Assembly: GCA_965199995.1 (NCBI GenBank)
Contig: OZ241328.1
Location: 2,729,504 to 2,793,503 of the forward strand
Origin: Dehalococcoidia bacterium
GTDB taxonomy: Bacteria > Chloroflexota > Dehalococcoidia > Lucifugimonadales > UBA3495
DNA length: 64,000 nucleotides
Reading direction: 5' to 3'
Below are positions 1 through 11,228 of the stretch, one piece after another. Made by a program: the position numbers and the translations under genes. Numbering within the stretch: the stretch's first letter is position 1; each line of letters begins with the position of its first letter. The notes under the pieces are model-generated. The model worked only from the letters and a program-made list of their open reading frames with translations, was not told the origin of the DNA and made no database searches.

Positions 1-1287
<1,287 letters not shown>

Positions 1288-1290
1288 ATT

Positions 1291-1605
1291 ATGACCACCA
1301 GCGCAAACCCCGCTCCCCCACCGGCCGGCCCCGAGGCTTCCCCTTCTGAACTGTTTGAGATATGGCGGGCCATCGGACGGCTGGAAGGCACTGCCGCCGC
1401 GCTCCTCGAAGGACAGCGGGAACTGAAAGAAGGCTAGCAACAACTGCGCGCAGATATGGACGCCGGGTTTCGGGAAGAGAGAACCTGCACGGACGCCGGG
1501 TTTCGGGAAGTGAACCGCAGGATAGATCGGCTGTTTTACACCATCCTAGTCATCGGCGGCGCGATAATTGTGGCTGTGTTGGCCAGCAACTTTATTGGCA
1601 ACTAG
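1291..1605 (+). pseudogene. Small coiled-coil protein with a C-terminal TM anchor, one frame interrupted by an in-frame TAG at 1435-1437
   Basis: The ATG at 1291 lies 3 nt after the thrC stop, with AAGGAA upstream. The frame reads MTTSANPAPPPAGPEASPSELFEIWRAIGRLEGTAAALLEGQRELKEG*QQLRADMDAGFREERTCTDAGFREVNRRIDRLFYTILVIGGAIIVAVLASNFIGN*. Both halves are in frame 1. The coiled-coil pattern continues across the stop. Confidence 0.4.
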
Positions 1606-1706
1606 ACCATAATTCAACCAAGCGGCATAAATACGAAATTGGCGAAACCCGTTCTCCCTCGAGTTTCGCATTGCATATTCCTAACACACTGGCAGGAGTT
1701 TCCCTG

Positions 1707-1985
1707 ATGAGCGTTATGGTACGTATTCCCACCCCACTGCGGCGGATGACCAATGGGCAGGACAAGGTTGAAGTAGAATCCGGCAATCTAGGCGCCATGG
1801 TTGACGAACTGGAAGGCTCCTACCCCGGCTTCAAGGATCGACTGCTGGACGAAAACGGCGAACTTCGCTATTTCGTCAACATATATCTGAACGGCGAGGA
1901 TGTCCGCTTCCTCGACGGTCTAGACACCACCACCAGCTCCGGCGACGAGGTTAGCATCGTGCCGGCAGTGGCCGGCGGCCGCTAA
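1707..1985 (+). CDS. MoaD/ThiS-family sulfur-carrier protein, C-terminus ...PAVAGGR
   Basis: 92 aa. GGAG lies 8 nt upstream of the ATG at 1707. The beta-grasp pattern is visible (VRIP...LNGEDV...GDEVSIVPAVAGG). A diglycine is followed by a single Arg. Confidence 0.8.
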   Translation: MSVMVRIPTPLRRMTNGQDKVEVESGNLGAMVDELEGSYPGFKDRLLDENGELRYFVNIYLNGEDVRFLDGLDTTTSSGDEVSIVPAVAGGR

Positions 1986-2014
1986 CCCCCACTTCCGTAA
2001 GTCCGGGCTCGCAG

Positions 2015-2040
2015 GAGCGTCCGGTCAGGACGCTCTTTGC
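2015..2040 (+). terminator. Putative intrinsic terminator after the thrC/MoaD unit
   Basis: Stem gagcgtcc / ggacgctc (8 bp) with loop ggtca, followed by tttgc. Confidence 0.5.
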
Positions 2041-2093
2041 ACATTGTCTCCGGCCCGACCTCCACCCTACCCGCCATCCCCCTCCGCCCTACT

Positions 2094-2293
2094 CGTCATT
2101 CCCGCGCAAGTGGGAACCCTCGTCCTACCGACCATAATGCGCTTGCCGGGCCGGCCCCTATGGATTCCCACATGCGCGGGAATGACGGAGATTGCCAGCC
2201 CCCCGTCCAGTTATTCCCGTCCCTTACCACCCACGCCCCTACTCGTCATTCCCGCGCAAGCTTGTCCCCGTGAAAAAGGGGAGCGGAAACCCA
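2094..2293. repeat. Cluster of three copies of the dispersed palindromic repeat GTCATTCCCGCG(N)GGGAAyCC
   Basis: gtcattcccgcgcaagtgggaaccc at about 2094. An inverted copy ggattcccacatgcgcgggaatgacgg lies at 2161-2188. A long variant gtcattcccgcgcaagcttgtccccgtgaaaaaggggagcggaaaccc lies at 2245-2293. Confidence 0.8.
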
Positions 2294-2319
2294 GCCCTTA
2301 ACGCTGCCCTCGCTAACCC

Positions 2320-3510
<1,191 letters not shown>

Positions 3511-3567
3511 TTATCCCAGATTTCCTATATCATCCCATAGCCAAGCTCAGTATATCCCAGCGCGAAT

Positions 3568-3756
3568 ATGAACGAATTTCTGACAAGCCTCAGTTCCGGA
3601 CAACCCTTGCTTTGGGCGTTGTTCGTGCTGACCGCAGTGGCCGCCGCCGCGTTGTCTCTGACCCTCTTCTGGGGGGCGTTCTTCCGCGCGGCGGCGATGC
3701 TGCGGCGCGGGCCGGGGGCCGGGCCGCCGACGGAAGGGGAAGATGTACTTTCCTAA
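3568..3756 (+). CDS. Possible small membrane protein (weak call)
   Basis: 62-aa ORF with one hydrophobic helix (LLWALFVLTAVAAAALSLTLFWGAFF). It overlaps the next gene's start by 14 nt. No family recognised. Confidence 0.25.
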   Translation: MNEFLTSLSSGQPLLWALFVLTAVAAAALSLTLFWGAFFRAAAMLRRGPGAGPPTEGEDVLS

Positions 3757-4795
3757 CGCCGACGTTGTGGTTCATCCGGCCTTGCTGGTATTCCTCGGCC
3801 TTATCGTGGGGATGCTGGGCGGGTTCTTCGGCGTGGGCGGCGGATTCCTCATCACCGGCGGGCTGCTGGTCTTCGGGGTGCCGCCGGTTTACGCCGTGGG
3901 AACCGGCCTCACGCTGGTGATGGGCACATCCATCATCAACACCTTCAAGCATCGCAGCCTGGGCAATGTGGACTTCAAGCTGGGCGCGCTGATGGTGACC
4001 GGCACTATCCCGGCCATCTTTCTAGCCGAAGGGGTGAACTCCACGCTGGAGGCCGCCGGCATCGCCGGCCCGGTCATCCGCTATATCTATGTCGGCTTCC
4101 TGTCGGCCCTGGGCCTGTTCATCCTCTACGACTACTGGCGCACCCGGCGGCAGGGGACGAGGGGCGAGGAGGACATCTCCACCGCCGAACTCACCCAGCG
4201 AGTGCGTTCCCTCCGCATACCACCCCACCGGATAGGCATACCCGGCAGGGGCGGCTTCTCAACTTACGTTTCGCTTCCGGTTTCGGGAATTGAGCGCATA
4301 TCGGTCTTCGTTCCGGTGGGCATTGGCTTCGGCATTGGTTTCATCGCCGGAATGCTAGGCGCGGGCGGCGGGTTCATCCTGATGCCGGTGTTGATATACG
4401 TCCTAGGCATACCCACCACCATCGCCATTGGCACCGACTTGTTCCAGATAATCATAACCGGCTCGGTGGGGAGCTTCGCCTATGCCCTGTCTGACCGGGT
4501 GGACCCGACGATGGCGGTGCTAATGCTGGCGGCGGCGTCCATCGGCTCCCAACTGGGGGCCAGTGCCACCCGCCGCATCGAGCCGTCGCGCATCCGCTTC
4601 CTCTACGGCCTGCTTATACTGACCGGCGCCGTTGCGGTCGCACTGGAGGAAATATCTCAAGCCGCCGGAGCCTCAGCCCTGTCCATCGCCGCGTCGGCGG
4701 TCCTGTTAGGCAGCGGCGGCGGAATGTGCCTCCTGCTGCTGGGACTGATGGCGCGAGGGCGGGGGAGGAGAAAGCTCCCGCCGCCACTAGCCTGA
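3743..4795 (+). CDS. TSUP (TauE/SafE, DUF81) family membrane transporter
   Basis: 350 aa and polytopic. Duplicated G-rich motifs GGFFGVGGGFL and GMLGAGGGFILMP are typical of TSUP. Confidence 0.85.
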   Translation: MYFPNADVVVHPALLVFLGLIVGMLGGFFGVGGGFLITGGLLVFGVPPVYAVGTGLTLVMGTSIINTFKHRSLGNVDFKLGALMVTGTIPAIFLAEGVNSTLEAAGIAGPVIRYIYVGFLSALGLFILYDYWRTRRQGTRGEEDISTAELTQRVRSLRIPPHRIGIPGRGGFSTYVSLPVSGIERISVFVPVGIGFGIGFIAGMLGAGGGFILMPVLIYVLGIPTTIAIGTDLFQIIITGSVGSFAYALSDRVDPTMAVLMLAAASIGSQLGASATRRIEPSRIRFLYGLLILTGAVAVALEEISQAAGASALSIAASAVLLGSGGGMCLLLLGLMARGRGRRKLPPPLA

Positions 4796-4806
4796 AGGGG
4801 AGCCGC

Positions 4807-5214
4807 CTACCCGCCCTCCGTCAGCGGCTGCAGGATGTCCAGCAGTGTTTCCATATCATCAAGATTCGCTCCGATTATTTCCGGACGCAGAAAGCGCTTG
4901 CGGGTGTAAAAATATCCGTGCATCGTATTCGCGGTATTTCCCAGAGTACGCACCTGCTCATTGCCTGTCAGGTCCTGAGCCTGATACATCACGGTAAAGA
5001 ACTCATCGTGCCGGCGGTACTGCCAGCCCTGCGACTCCGCCACCGCCTTCGCCATCCACGCCGCCGCGCCCCAGCCCTTTTCCGACGCCTGATGCAAATC
5101 CCCCTCGGCTAAGTATTGCCGCGCCTTCCCCAAGAACTCCAGGGACTGCTGCCGGTAATCCCCCACCGCGTTCCTATCCTGTTCGTAAGGCTCCATTGGA
5201 GCGGCATCGTCCAT
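4807..5214 (-). CDS. PaREP1/HEPN-like helical protein, tandem copy A
   Basis: The ATG at 5214 is preceded by GGAGGA plus 9 nt. Motifs L.EGDL.QASEKGWGAAAW.AKAVA...GW and LH..FY.RK match my recollection of the PaREP1 family. It belongs to a 469-bp tandem unit. Confidence 0.7.
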   Translation of the reverse strand: MDDAAPMEPYEQDRNAVGDYRQQSLEFLGKARQYLAEGDLHQASEKGWGAAAWMAKAVAESQGWQYRRHDEFFTVMYQAQDLTGNEQVRTLGNTANTMHGYFYTRKRFLRPEIIGANLDDMETLLDILQPLTEGG

Positions 5215-5275
5215 TCGCAAGCATCCTCCGAAGAAAATTAACAGCGCAGGCCCGCGGCCAACAATTCCAGCGCGC

Positions 5276-5683
5276 CTACCCGCCCTCCGTCAGCGGCTGC
5301 AGGATGTCCAGCAGCAACGCCACCCGGTCGAGGCGCGGGCCAATATCATCAGGGTGAAGAAACACCTTGCGGGTGTAATAGAATTCGTGCAGCTTGCTGG
5401 CAGTATCCTCCAAGTCAATCAGCCTGCCGTCGCCGGATAGCTGCCTGGTCTGGCGCATCACTTTGTGAAATTCGTGGTGCCGGCGGTACTGCCAGCCCTG
5501 CGACTCCGCCACCGCCTTCGCCATCCACGCCGCCGCGCCCCAGCCCTTTTCCGACGCCTGATGCAAATCCCCCTCGGCTAAGTATTGCCGCGCCTTCCCC
5601 AAGAACTCCAGGGACTGCTGCCGGTAATCCCCCACCGCGTTCCTATCCTGTTCGTAAGGCTCCATCGGAGCGGCATCGTCCAT
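5276..5683 (-). CDS. PaREP1/HEPN-like helical protein, tandem copy B
   Basis: Same start context as copy A. The N-terminal portion up to ...GWQYRRH is identical to copies A and C. This is the only copy with an R-x4-H string (RKVFLH). Confidence 0.7.
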   Translation of the reverse strand: MDDAAPMEPYEQDRNAVGDYRQQSLEFLGKARQYLAEGDLHQASEKGWGAAAWMAKAVAESQGWQYRRHHEFHKVMRQTRQLSGDGRLIDLEDTASKLHEFYYTRKVFLHPDDIGPRLDRVALLLDILQPLTEGG

Positions 5684-5744
5684 TCGCAAGCATCCTCCGA
5701 AGAAAATTAACAGCGCAGGCCCGCGGCCAACAATTCCAGCGCGC

Positions 5745-6152
5745 CTACCCGCCCTCCGTCAGCGGCTGCAGGATGTCCAGCAGCAACTCCATGTCATCGA
5801 GACCTTCACCAATGGTATCGCCATACAGAAATATCTTGCGCTCGTAGAAATTCCCGTGGAGCGTTCCTGCCGTATCCGACAAGGTACGCAACCTACCGTC
5901 GCCGGATAGCTGCCTGGCTTGACGCATAACCTTGAAGAATTCGTTATGTCTGCGGTACTGCCAGCCCTGCGACTCCGCCACCGCCTTCGCCATCCACGCC
6001 GCCGCGCCCCAGCCCTTTTCCGACGCCTGATGCAAATCCCCCTCGGCTAAGTATTGCCGCGCCTTCCCCAAGAACTCCAGGGACTGCTGCCGGTAATCCC
6101 CCACCGCGTTCCTATCCTGTTCGTAAGGCTCCATTGGAGCGGCGTCATCCAT
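5745..6152 (-). CDS. PaREP1/HEPN-like helical protein, tandem copy C
   Basis: Same architecture. It carries the LHGNFYERK motif. It lies directly downstream of aroB on the same strand. Confidence 0.7.
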   Translation of the reverse strand: MDDAAPMEPYEQDRNAVGDYRQQSLEFLGKARQYLAEGDLHQASEKGWGAAAWMAKAVAESQGWQYRRHNEFFKVMRQARQLSGDGRLRTLSDTAGTLHGNFYERKIFLYGDTIGEGLDDMELLLDILQPLTEGG

Positions 6153-6198
6153 TCGCAAGCATCCCCCAGGGAGATTGTATAGCAGCCGGCGCCCGGCG

Positions 6199-7299
6199 CT
6201 ACCCCGTCAAATCCCGAACCGTGCGCTCCACCAGCTCCCACGGCACATCCTGACGCACTACAGAGCGGCCCACGCCTTCCAGCATCACCCAACGGTTGGT
6301 GCCGGACTGCACCTTCTTGTCCAGCGACATTGCCGTCAGCACGTCCTCGGCCGGTACGCCGGGCGCGCTGATGGGCAGGCTGAAGCGCTCCAGCAGACGC
6401 TGCTGCCGGTCAACGGCGGCGGGCGACAGCAAGCCCATCTCCGCGGCCATTCGGGCTGCGCCCATCATCCCCACCGACACCCCCTCGCCGTGGAGGAAGC
6501 GCCCATACTCGGTGGAAGCTTCCAGCGCATGGCCAATGGTGTGGCCGTAATTGAGCAGGATGCGAATGCCCAAGGTCTCGCGCTCGTCCTGGCTGACCAC
6601 TTCGGCCTTGATGGCCATGCTGCGCCGAATGACTTCGGCGGAAATTTCGGGGTCTATGTCCATAAGGGCTTCTGCGTGTTCCTCGAACACATCCACCAGC
6701 TCAGCGTCGAGGATGAACCCGTGCTTAATGGCCTCGGCCCAGCCCTCGGCCAACTCCCGCTTGCCCAACGTAGCCAGCGTAGCGGCGTCGGCAAATACTC
6801 CCCGCGGCTGATAGAAGGCCCCCACCAGATTCTTGGCCTGGGGCAGGTTGATGGCCACCTTGCCGCCGATGGAGGCGTCCACCATAGCGGCCATGCTGGT
6901 AGGCACTTGCACGAAGGCCATACCGCGCAGGTAGGTGGCGGCGACGAACCCGCCCAGGTCGCCGGGTACCCCGCCGCCGACGCTGACGATGGCGTGGCCT
7001 CGCTCCGCCTTGCGCTCGGCCAGCCATCCGTAGATGGCCTGGGCCAGATCGAAGCTCTTGCTGGATTCGCCGGACGGGATGATGAAGCAGTGCGCCGGAA
7101 TGCCCGCCGCCTGCAATGAACGCTGCACCCGCCGGCCGTAGGGGTTCATCACGTTGTCGTCGGTAATGATGTAGGCCGCGCCCCGGACGCCCACGTCCGC
7201 AATCTGCTGTCCTAGTTCATCAAGAATGTCCCAGCCTGCAACGACCGGATAGGAGCCGCCGGAGTGATGCACCATAGCGGCAAGGTTGGGATCGGTCAT
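6199..7299 (-). CDS. aroB: 3-dehydroquinate synthase
   Basis: 366 aa. GGGV.GDLGGF nucleotide loop. Metal ligands in NYGHT.GHA and H.GE.V..G. Confidence 0.93.
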   Translation of the reverse strand: MTDPNLAAMVHHSGGSYPVVAGWDILDELGQQIADVGVRGAAYIITDDNVMNPYGRRVQRSLQAAGIPAHCFIIPSGESSKSFDLAQAIYGWLAERKAERGHAIVSVGGGVPGDLGGFVAATYLRGMAFVQVPTSMAAMVDASIGGKVAINLPQAKNLVGAFYQPRGVFADAATLATLGKRELAEGWAEAIKHGFILDAELVDVFEEHAEALMDIDPEISAEVIRRSMAIKAEVVSQDERETLGIRILLNYGHTIGHALEASTEYGRFLHGEGVSVGMMGAARMAAEMGLLSPAAVDRQQRLLERFSLPISAPGVPAEDVLTAMSLDKKVQSGTNRWVMLEGVGRSVVRQDVPWELVERTVRDLTG

Positions 7300-7350
7300 A
7301 GTTAACCTCCATACATTATGCAGATTACAGCCAATAAAACCTGTTGGCTG

Positions 7351-8186
7351 TTATGAAATAAATTCGCTCCAATAGCGCAACGCGATGCTCAATCGCTCTT
7401 TAATCCAATCAGCAAATCTAGGTGCGACCGTCTCAGCAGCATCTTCCCAAGTGAAAGTAAATTGGTCAACGGTGCAATTCCTGAAATCGAGACCCGCGGA
7501 TTCTGTCAATCCATCGGAATCTGAGTAAAGCGGTGATGAAGCCACGCTGCTATTAGGAGGGGGTGGTAGACTGCTCCGGATTTCTGAAGTTCGTAGTACC
7601 AATTGATTAGACTATCAAGTTCGCTTTCAATTTGTATTGGCGAACAATACTGATGAATAAGGCCGTCTGCCCGTCGGGTTGGATTGTTTGGCAATTTCTT
7701 GAAGCTGCCTCGGTCTAGGGCAGCTTCAAATACCCTGCCGAACTGGTCAACGGCTGTGTAAGTTGGCTGGTTGCGAGTCAGGATTTGGTCCAGCTCTCGG
7801 ATATAGTGTTTGGAAAGCTTGGTCTCTCTCCTTATAGACTCAGTAACGAATTCGGCAGCATCTTGGTGGTCATTCAAGATTCTGACCAGTTCTTGAGGAT
7901 TGCCATTCGTGGACCCACGATCTATCAAGTCAACGATAAGCCCATTTTCTACTAAAGTTTGAGTCATGCACCGGTCTATGCTGTATATGCCTTCGATAAT
8001 CCCCGTCTCAATGGCCCAACGACGTTCTTGACGCTCCAAGAACGCCTTATAAGCATCCGGGTTTGAGGCCTCCCGCTGCTCTCGGAAACTAGCCCACTGA
8101 TGATGTAGCGAGTCGATTTCTTGGAAATCAACTCGCGCAGGCTCGGAATCCAGTCCCTCGATAGGTTTCCATCGGTACGAAGTCAT
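7351..8186 (-). pseudogene. Fic/DOC-family gene, frameshifted with a decayed active-site loop
   Basis: ORF 7506..8186 carries the inhibitory-helix motif TGIIEG ([ST]xxxE[GN]). It ends ...YHPLLIAAWLHHRFTQIPMD* exactly where HPFxDGNGR should follow. The next frame continues SDGLTESAGL... (ORF 7351..7602). The region is visibly AT-richer than its flanks. Confidence 0.6.
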
Positions 8187-8209
8187 CTAATTTATCCCCT
8201 AGTCAAATA

Positions 8210-8740
8210 CTACGTTATAGAATGGCAAACCCTCGTAATATGCGCCGCCACCCTTTCCGGGGTCAGCACGTCCGTATCCACAGTATAATGCGCCTGCGCA
8301 TAGGCCGAGGCGCGCTGGGCCAGCAACTCCCCGATGCGCGCCTCCGGGTCATCCACGGCCAGCAGCGGGCGTATGGGCCCTCCGGCGGCCTCTTCCCGCA
8401 CCCGGCGCAGGATGACGGTGGGGCTGGCAGAAAGGTAGAAGACTGTGCCGCCAGACAACATCGCGTTGCGGTTCTGAGGGTCTACGAAGGAGCCGCCGCC
8501 TGACGCTATGACCTGCCGTTCCCCGGCGCACAGGTCGGTGATTACCTGCCGCTCCAGCTCCCGAAAGGCTGGCTCGCCGTCTTCGCTGAAGATCAGATGG
8601 ATGGGCTTGCCGGCGCGGGCCACGATAACGTCATCAGCGTCTATCAGCGTCCAGCCGGTACGCCCGGCCAGCGCCCGGCCGACACTGGTCTTGCCCGAGG
8701 CCATGAAACCCACGAGGATGATGTTGCGGGGCTGTGTCAT
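8210..8740 (-). CDS. aroK: Shikimate kinase
   Basis: 176 aa. P-loop GFMASGKTSVGR. Typical length and the D.D motif are present. Confidence 0.9.
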   Translation of the reverse strand: MTQPRNIILVGFMASGKTSVGRALAGRTGWTLIDADDVIVARAGKPIHLIFSEDGEPAFRELERQVITDLCAGERQVIASGGGSFVDPQNRNAMLSGGTVFYLSASPTVILRRVREEAAGGPIRPLLAVDDPEARIGELLAQRASAYAQAHYTVDTDVLTPERVAAHITRVCHSIT

Positions 8741-9135
8741 ATTTCAAGTCCCCTACAGGAGAGGGGCAGAGCCTGCCCTGGCGAAAACGGAGCGAGGGTA
8801 ACCCGGCGCCGCGCCGCTCAGTCGGGCAAGGCGGAGCAAGGGCATCCGCGAGCCATGGCTGGTATCCGTATCGAAGTACCTCGTCTGCTGGCCGGTGGAG
8901 TTGGCGGCGGGCGCGCCGGCGATGAACCGCAGCCCCCGCCGCTGACCATCGGGATTACAGGCGGGGATGCCGCCAGGCGCGTATCCCCTGAGCCATCTCG
9001 TGAACGCCCTCGGAGATTCCGCAATGAGAAGTTCTCAGACAAGCGGCCCCGCCCCTCACTCCGCGAGAGAGGAACCTAGGGCCGCAATCGCTCTCTCCAT
9101 GTAGAGGAAGGATAGCTTTGAAGCTACCCAGTCGT

Positions 9136-9543
9136 CTAGCAGCTTGACGGCCGCGGCGGCGCCGGGGCATAGCCCGAGGTAGTGCAGAACTCGACGCGGT
9201 TACCGTCCGGGTCGTGGATGAACAAGAAGGCTTGGCCGTCGTAGCGCACGCCCTCTCGCTCTATCTCAAAACCGTTCTCCTCCAGCGTGGAACGGGTCCC
9301 CTCGAAGTCCTCTACCTCGAAAGCGTGGTGGATGCGATCGGGCTTGGCCGGCGCTTCCTGGGTCTCGATTAGATGCACCATGATGCCGCTTTCCAGTTGC
9401 AGCCAAGTGATTTCGGGGTTGTCCACCTGACTCTCTATCTGCTTGATGCCCAGCAGGTTGTTATAGAACTTCATGGCCCGGGCGGTGTCTTTGACCATCG
9501 TCGTCACGTGGTTAATCTTGTTGGTGGTAATCAGTCCGGGCAT
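9136..9543 (-). CDS. VOC / glyoxalase-family protein
   Basis: The ATG at 9543 is preceded by AGGAGGGGG. INHVT..V.D...A..FY...LG and H.AFEVED..................DPDGN.VEF are typical of the family. The track ORF's longer N-terminus was not used. Confidence 0.8.
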   Translation of the reverse strand: MPGLITTNKINHVTTMVKDTARAMKFYNNLLGIKQIESQVDNPEITWLQLESGIMVHLIETQEAPAKPDRIHHAFEVEDFEGTRSTLEENGFEIEREGVRYDGQAFLFIHDPDGNRVEFCTTSGYAPAPPRPSSC

Positions 9544-10322
9544 ACGCCCCCTCCTAAGAAGTCTCAAATTGCGCCTCCCGATTATGCCACAGCCGCCGGC
9601 GGCGGACAAAAACCCGCCCGGCCAATCCTATGCCTGCGTGTTTCACGGACGGGTAGGCCATGATATACAATGCCCTTGACAGGCATGAAATCCAAACTCT
9701 GTTGCGGTTTAGCGTAACTAGGGGTGTATCAGTGAATAGAAAAGGGAAGGGAGACTTTTCCTTGGTTCGCCCTTGATTCGCCGCCGGTAGCCAGCGGGGT
9801 ACTTGGCGTTCCCATTTCCATCTATTTGCTGACGGAAGCTGCTGGCAGTCCGCTGACGCAGACTATGGGTTACTTTTTGCCCCTTACTGTGCCTTAGCGG
9901 GCTTTCTAATCTTCCAGGCAATTACTTGGCTTGGGCCAAAGCTCTTCACGGAAAAAACCGAAGACCATGCCTAGCGGCCATCAGAGATGGGACTCCGCCG
10001 GCATCGGAATCACTACCTTCGTCACCATTCTGTCCGCGGCGGCCTCTGCCGGAATCTTTGCCATATCCGGCAGGCAGGAAAACTACCCCCCAATGGGCTC
10101 TCGTATTTTCAGGGGCTCTGGTTATAAGCAGCCTGCTGGCGTATTCGTTTGTGGTGGTCTTCAGCTTGGCAGGAATTTTCCGCGAATCTCAATCAGAGAA
10201 GGGGGAGCAAATCGTTCTGACTGAGGGCGCCGTCGTCTTTCAAACATATACTGCGGTGTTAGCCGTATTCCTGATACCCTACTCCCAACTGTTCTAGTGG
10301 AATCCGGCTCAATCCGCCTCCC

Positions 10323-11228
10323 TCACATCTGGCTCCCCAGCACTACCAGTGCCACGCCCGCAACGGTAACGATGATGCCCAACGCCAGCCAGCGGTTGAC
10401 GTTCTCCTGCCGGGACAGAAACAGCGCGGCCAACAGCAGCGTGAACAACGGGTTGGCCGACACGATGGGAGCGACTACCACCACCTCGGCCTGTTGCAGC
10501 GCAAAGTAGGTGCAGTTCACTCCCGTGGCCGCCGCCAGCCCCGACAGCGCGGCATACACCATGAACTCCGGCGAACGGCGCACCTCCCGCGTGGACGCCA
10601 GCGCCTGCTTACCCGCCACCGGCGCTACCAGCAATATCCCGAAGAAGAGGCTGATAGTGGCTACCACCAGCGGCGAGGTGTAGTCAATCGTCAGTTGCCG
10701 CACCACCACGTTGGTTGTTCCGTAACAGCAGGCGGCCCCGAAGGCCAGCAAATAGCCAGTGAAGGCCAACCGCCGGCCGGCGCTCGGATCCCCGGCGCTG
10801 TCCATAATGTTCTTGCCCAGCGCCGTGGCCAGCCCCGCCACCACTACCACCGTGCCCGCCAGCACGACCCAGTGGGGCCGCTCCCCGGTTACAGTGATGG
10901 CCAATATGGAAGCGAACACCGCCGACGTTCCCACGATGGCCCCCGACCGGGCCGCCCCGATGCGCCCCACGGCCAGGTACGACAGGTTACGCCCGCCCAG
11001 AAAGTTGAACGTCCCCAGCATCAGGCACCAGGCCACCACTATCAGCGGCAGCGTGATGAAGTCGCGGGAGGCGAAAATGACCGCCAATATCCCCGACGCG
11101 GCGAAGCTGAAGCACAGCGAGTAGAAGGTTACCGACATCGGCCCGGCCTTCGCCATCGCCAGCCGGGCGAAGATGGTCGCGCTGCCGAAGCCAATGATAG
11201 CGAGAAAAGAAAGCCCTATGGCCGTCAT
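10323..11228 (-). CDS. EamA/DMT-family transporter
   Basis: Ten-TM-type hydrophobic profile. The ATG at 11228 overlaps the upstream stop (ATGA). It is a paralog of the upstream gene. Confidence 0.85.
   Translation of the reverse strand: MTAIGLSFLAIIGFGSATIFARLAMAKAGPMSVTFYSLCFSFAASGILAVIFASRDFITLPLIVVAWCLMLGTFNFLGGRNLSYLAVGRIGAARSGAIVGTSAVFASILAITVTGERPHWVVLAGTVVVVAGLATALGKNIMDSAGDPSAGRRLAFTGYLLAFGAACCYGTTNVVVRQLTIDYTSPLVVATISLFFGILLVAPVAGKQALASTREVRRSPEFMVYAALSGLAAATGVNCTYFALQQAEVVVVAPIVSANPLFTLLLAALFLSRQENVNRWLALGIIVTVAGVALVVLGSQM

Noticed and set aside
4807-6213. A diversity-generating retroelement as the source of the variable cassette in the PaREP1-like array.
   Set aside because: No reverse transcriptase gene is nearby. 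There is no template/variable repeat pair with adenine-specific mismatches. Differences between cassettes involve all four bases and are dense.
9926-10297. A possible small multi-TM protein split over two frames: 9931..10224 (GIGITTFVTILSAAASAGIFAISG) and 9926..10297 (WALVFSGALVISSLLAYSFVVVFSLAGIF…).
   Set aside because: The only support is hydrophobic stretches. There is no RBS, no family motif and no way to verify a frameshift. It is left unannotated.
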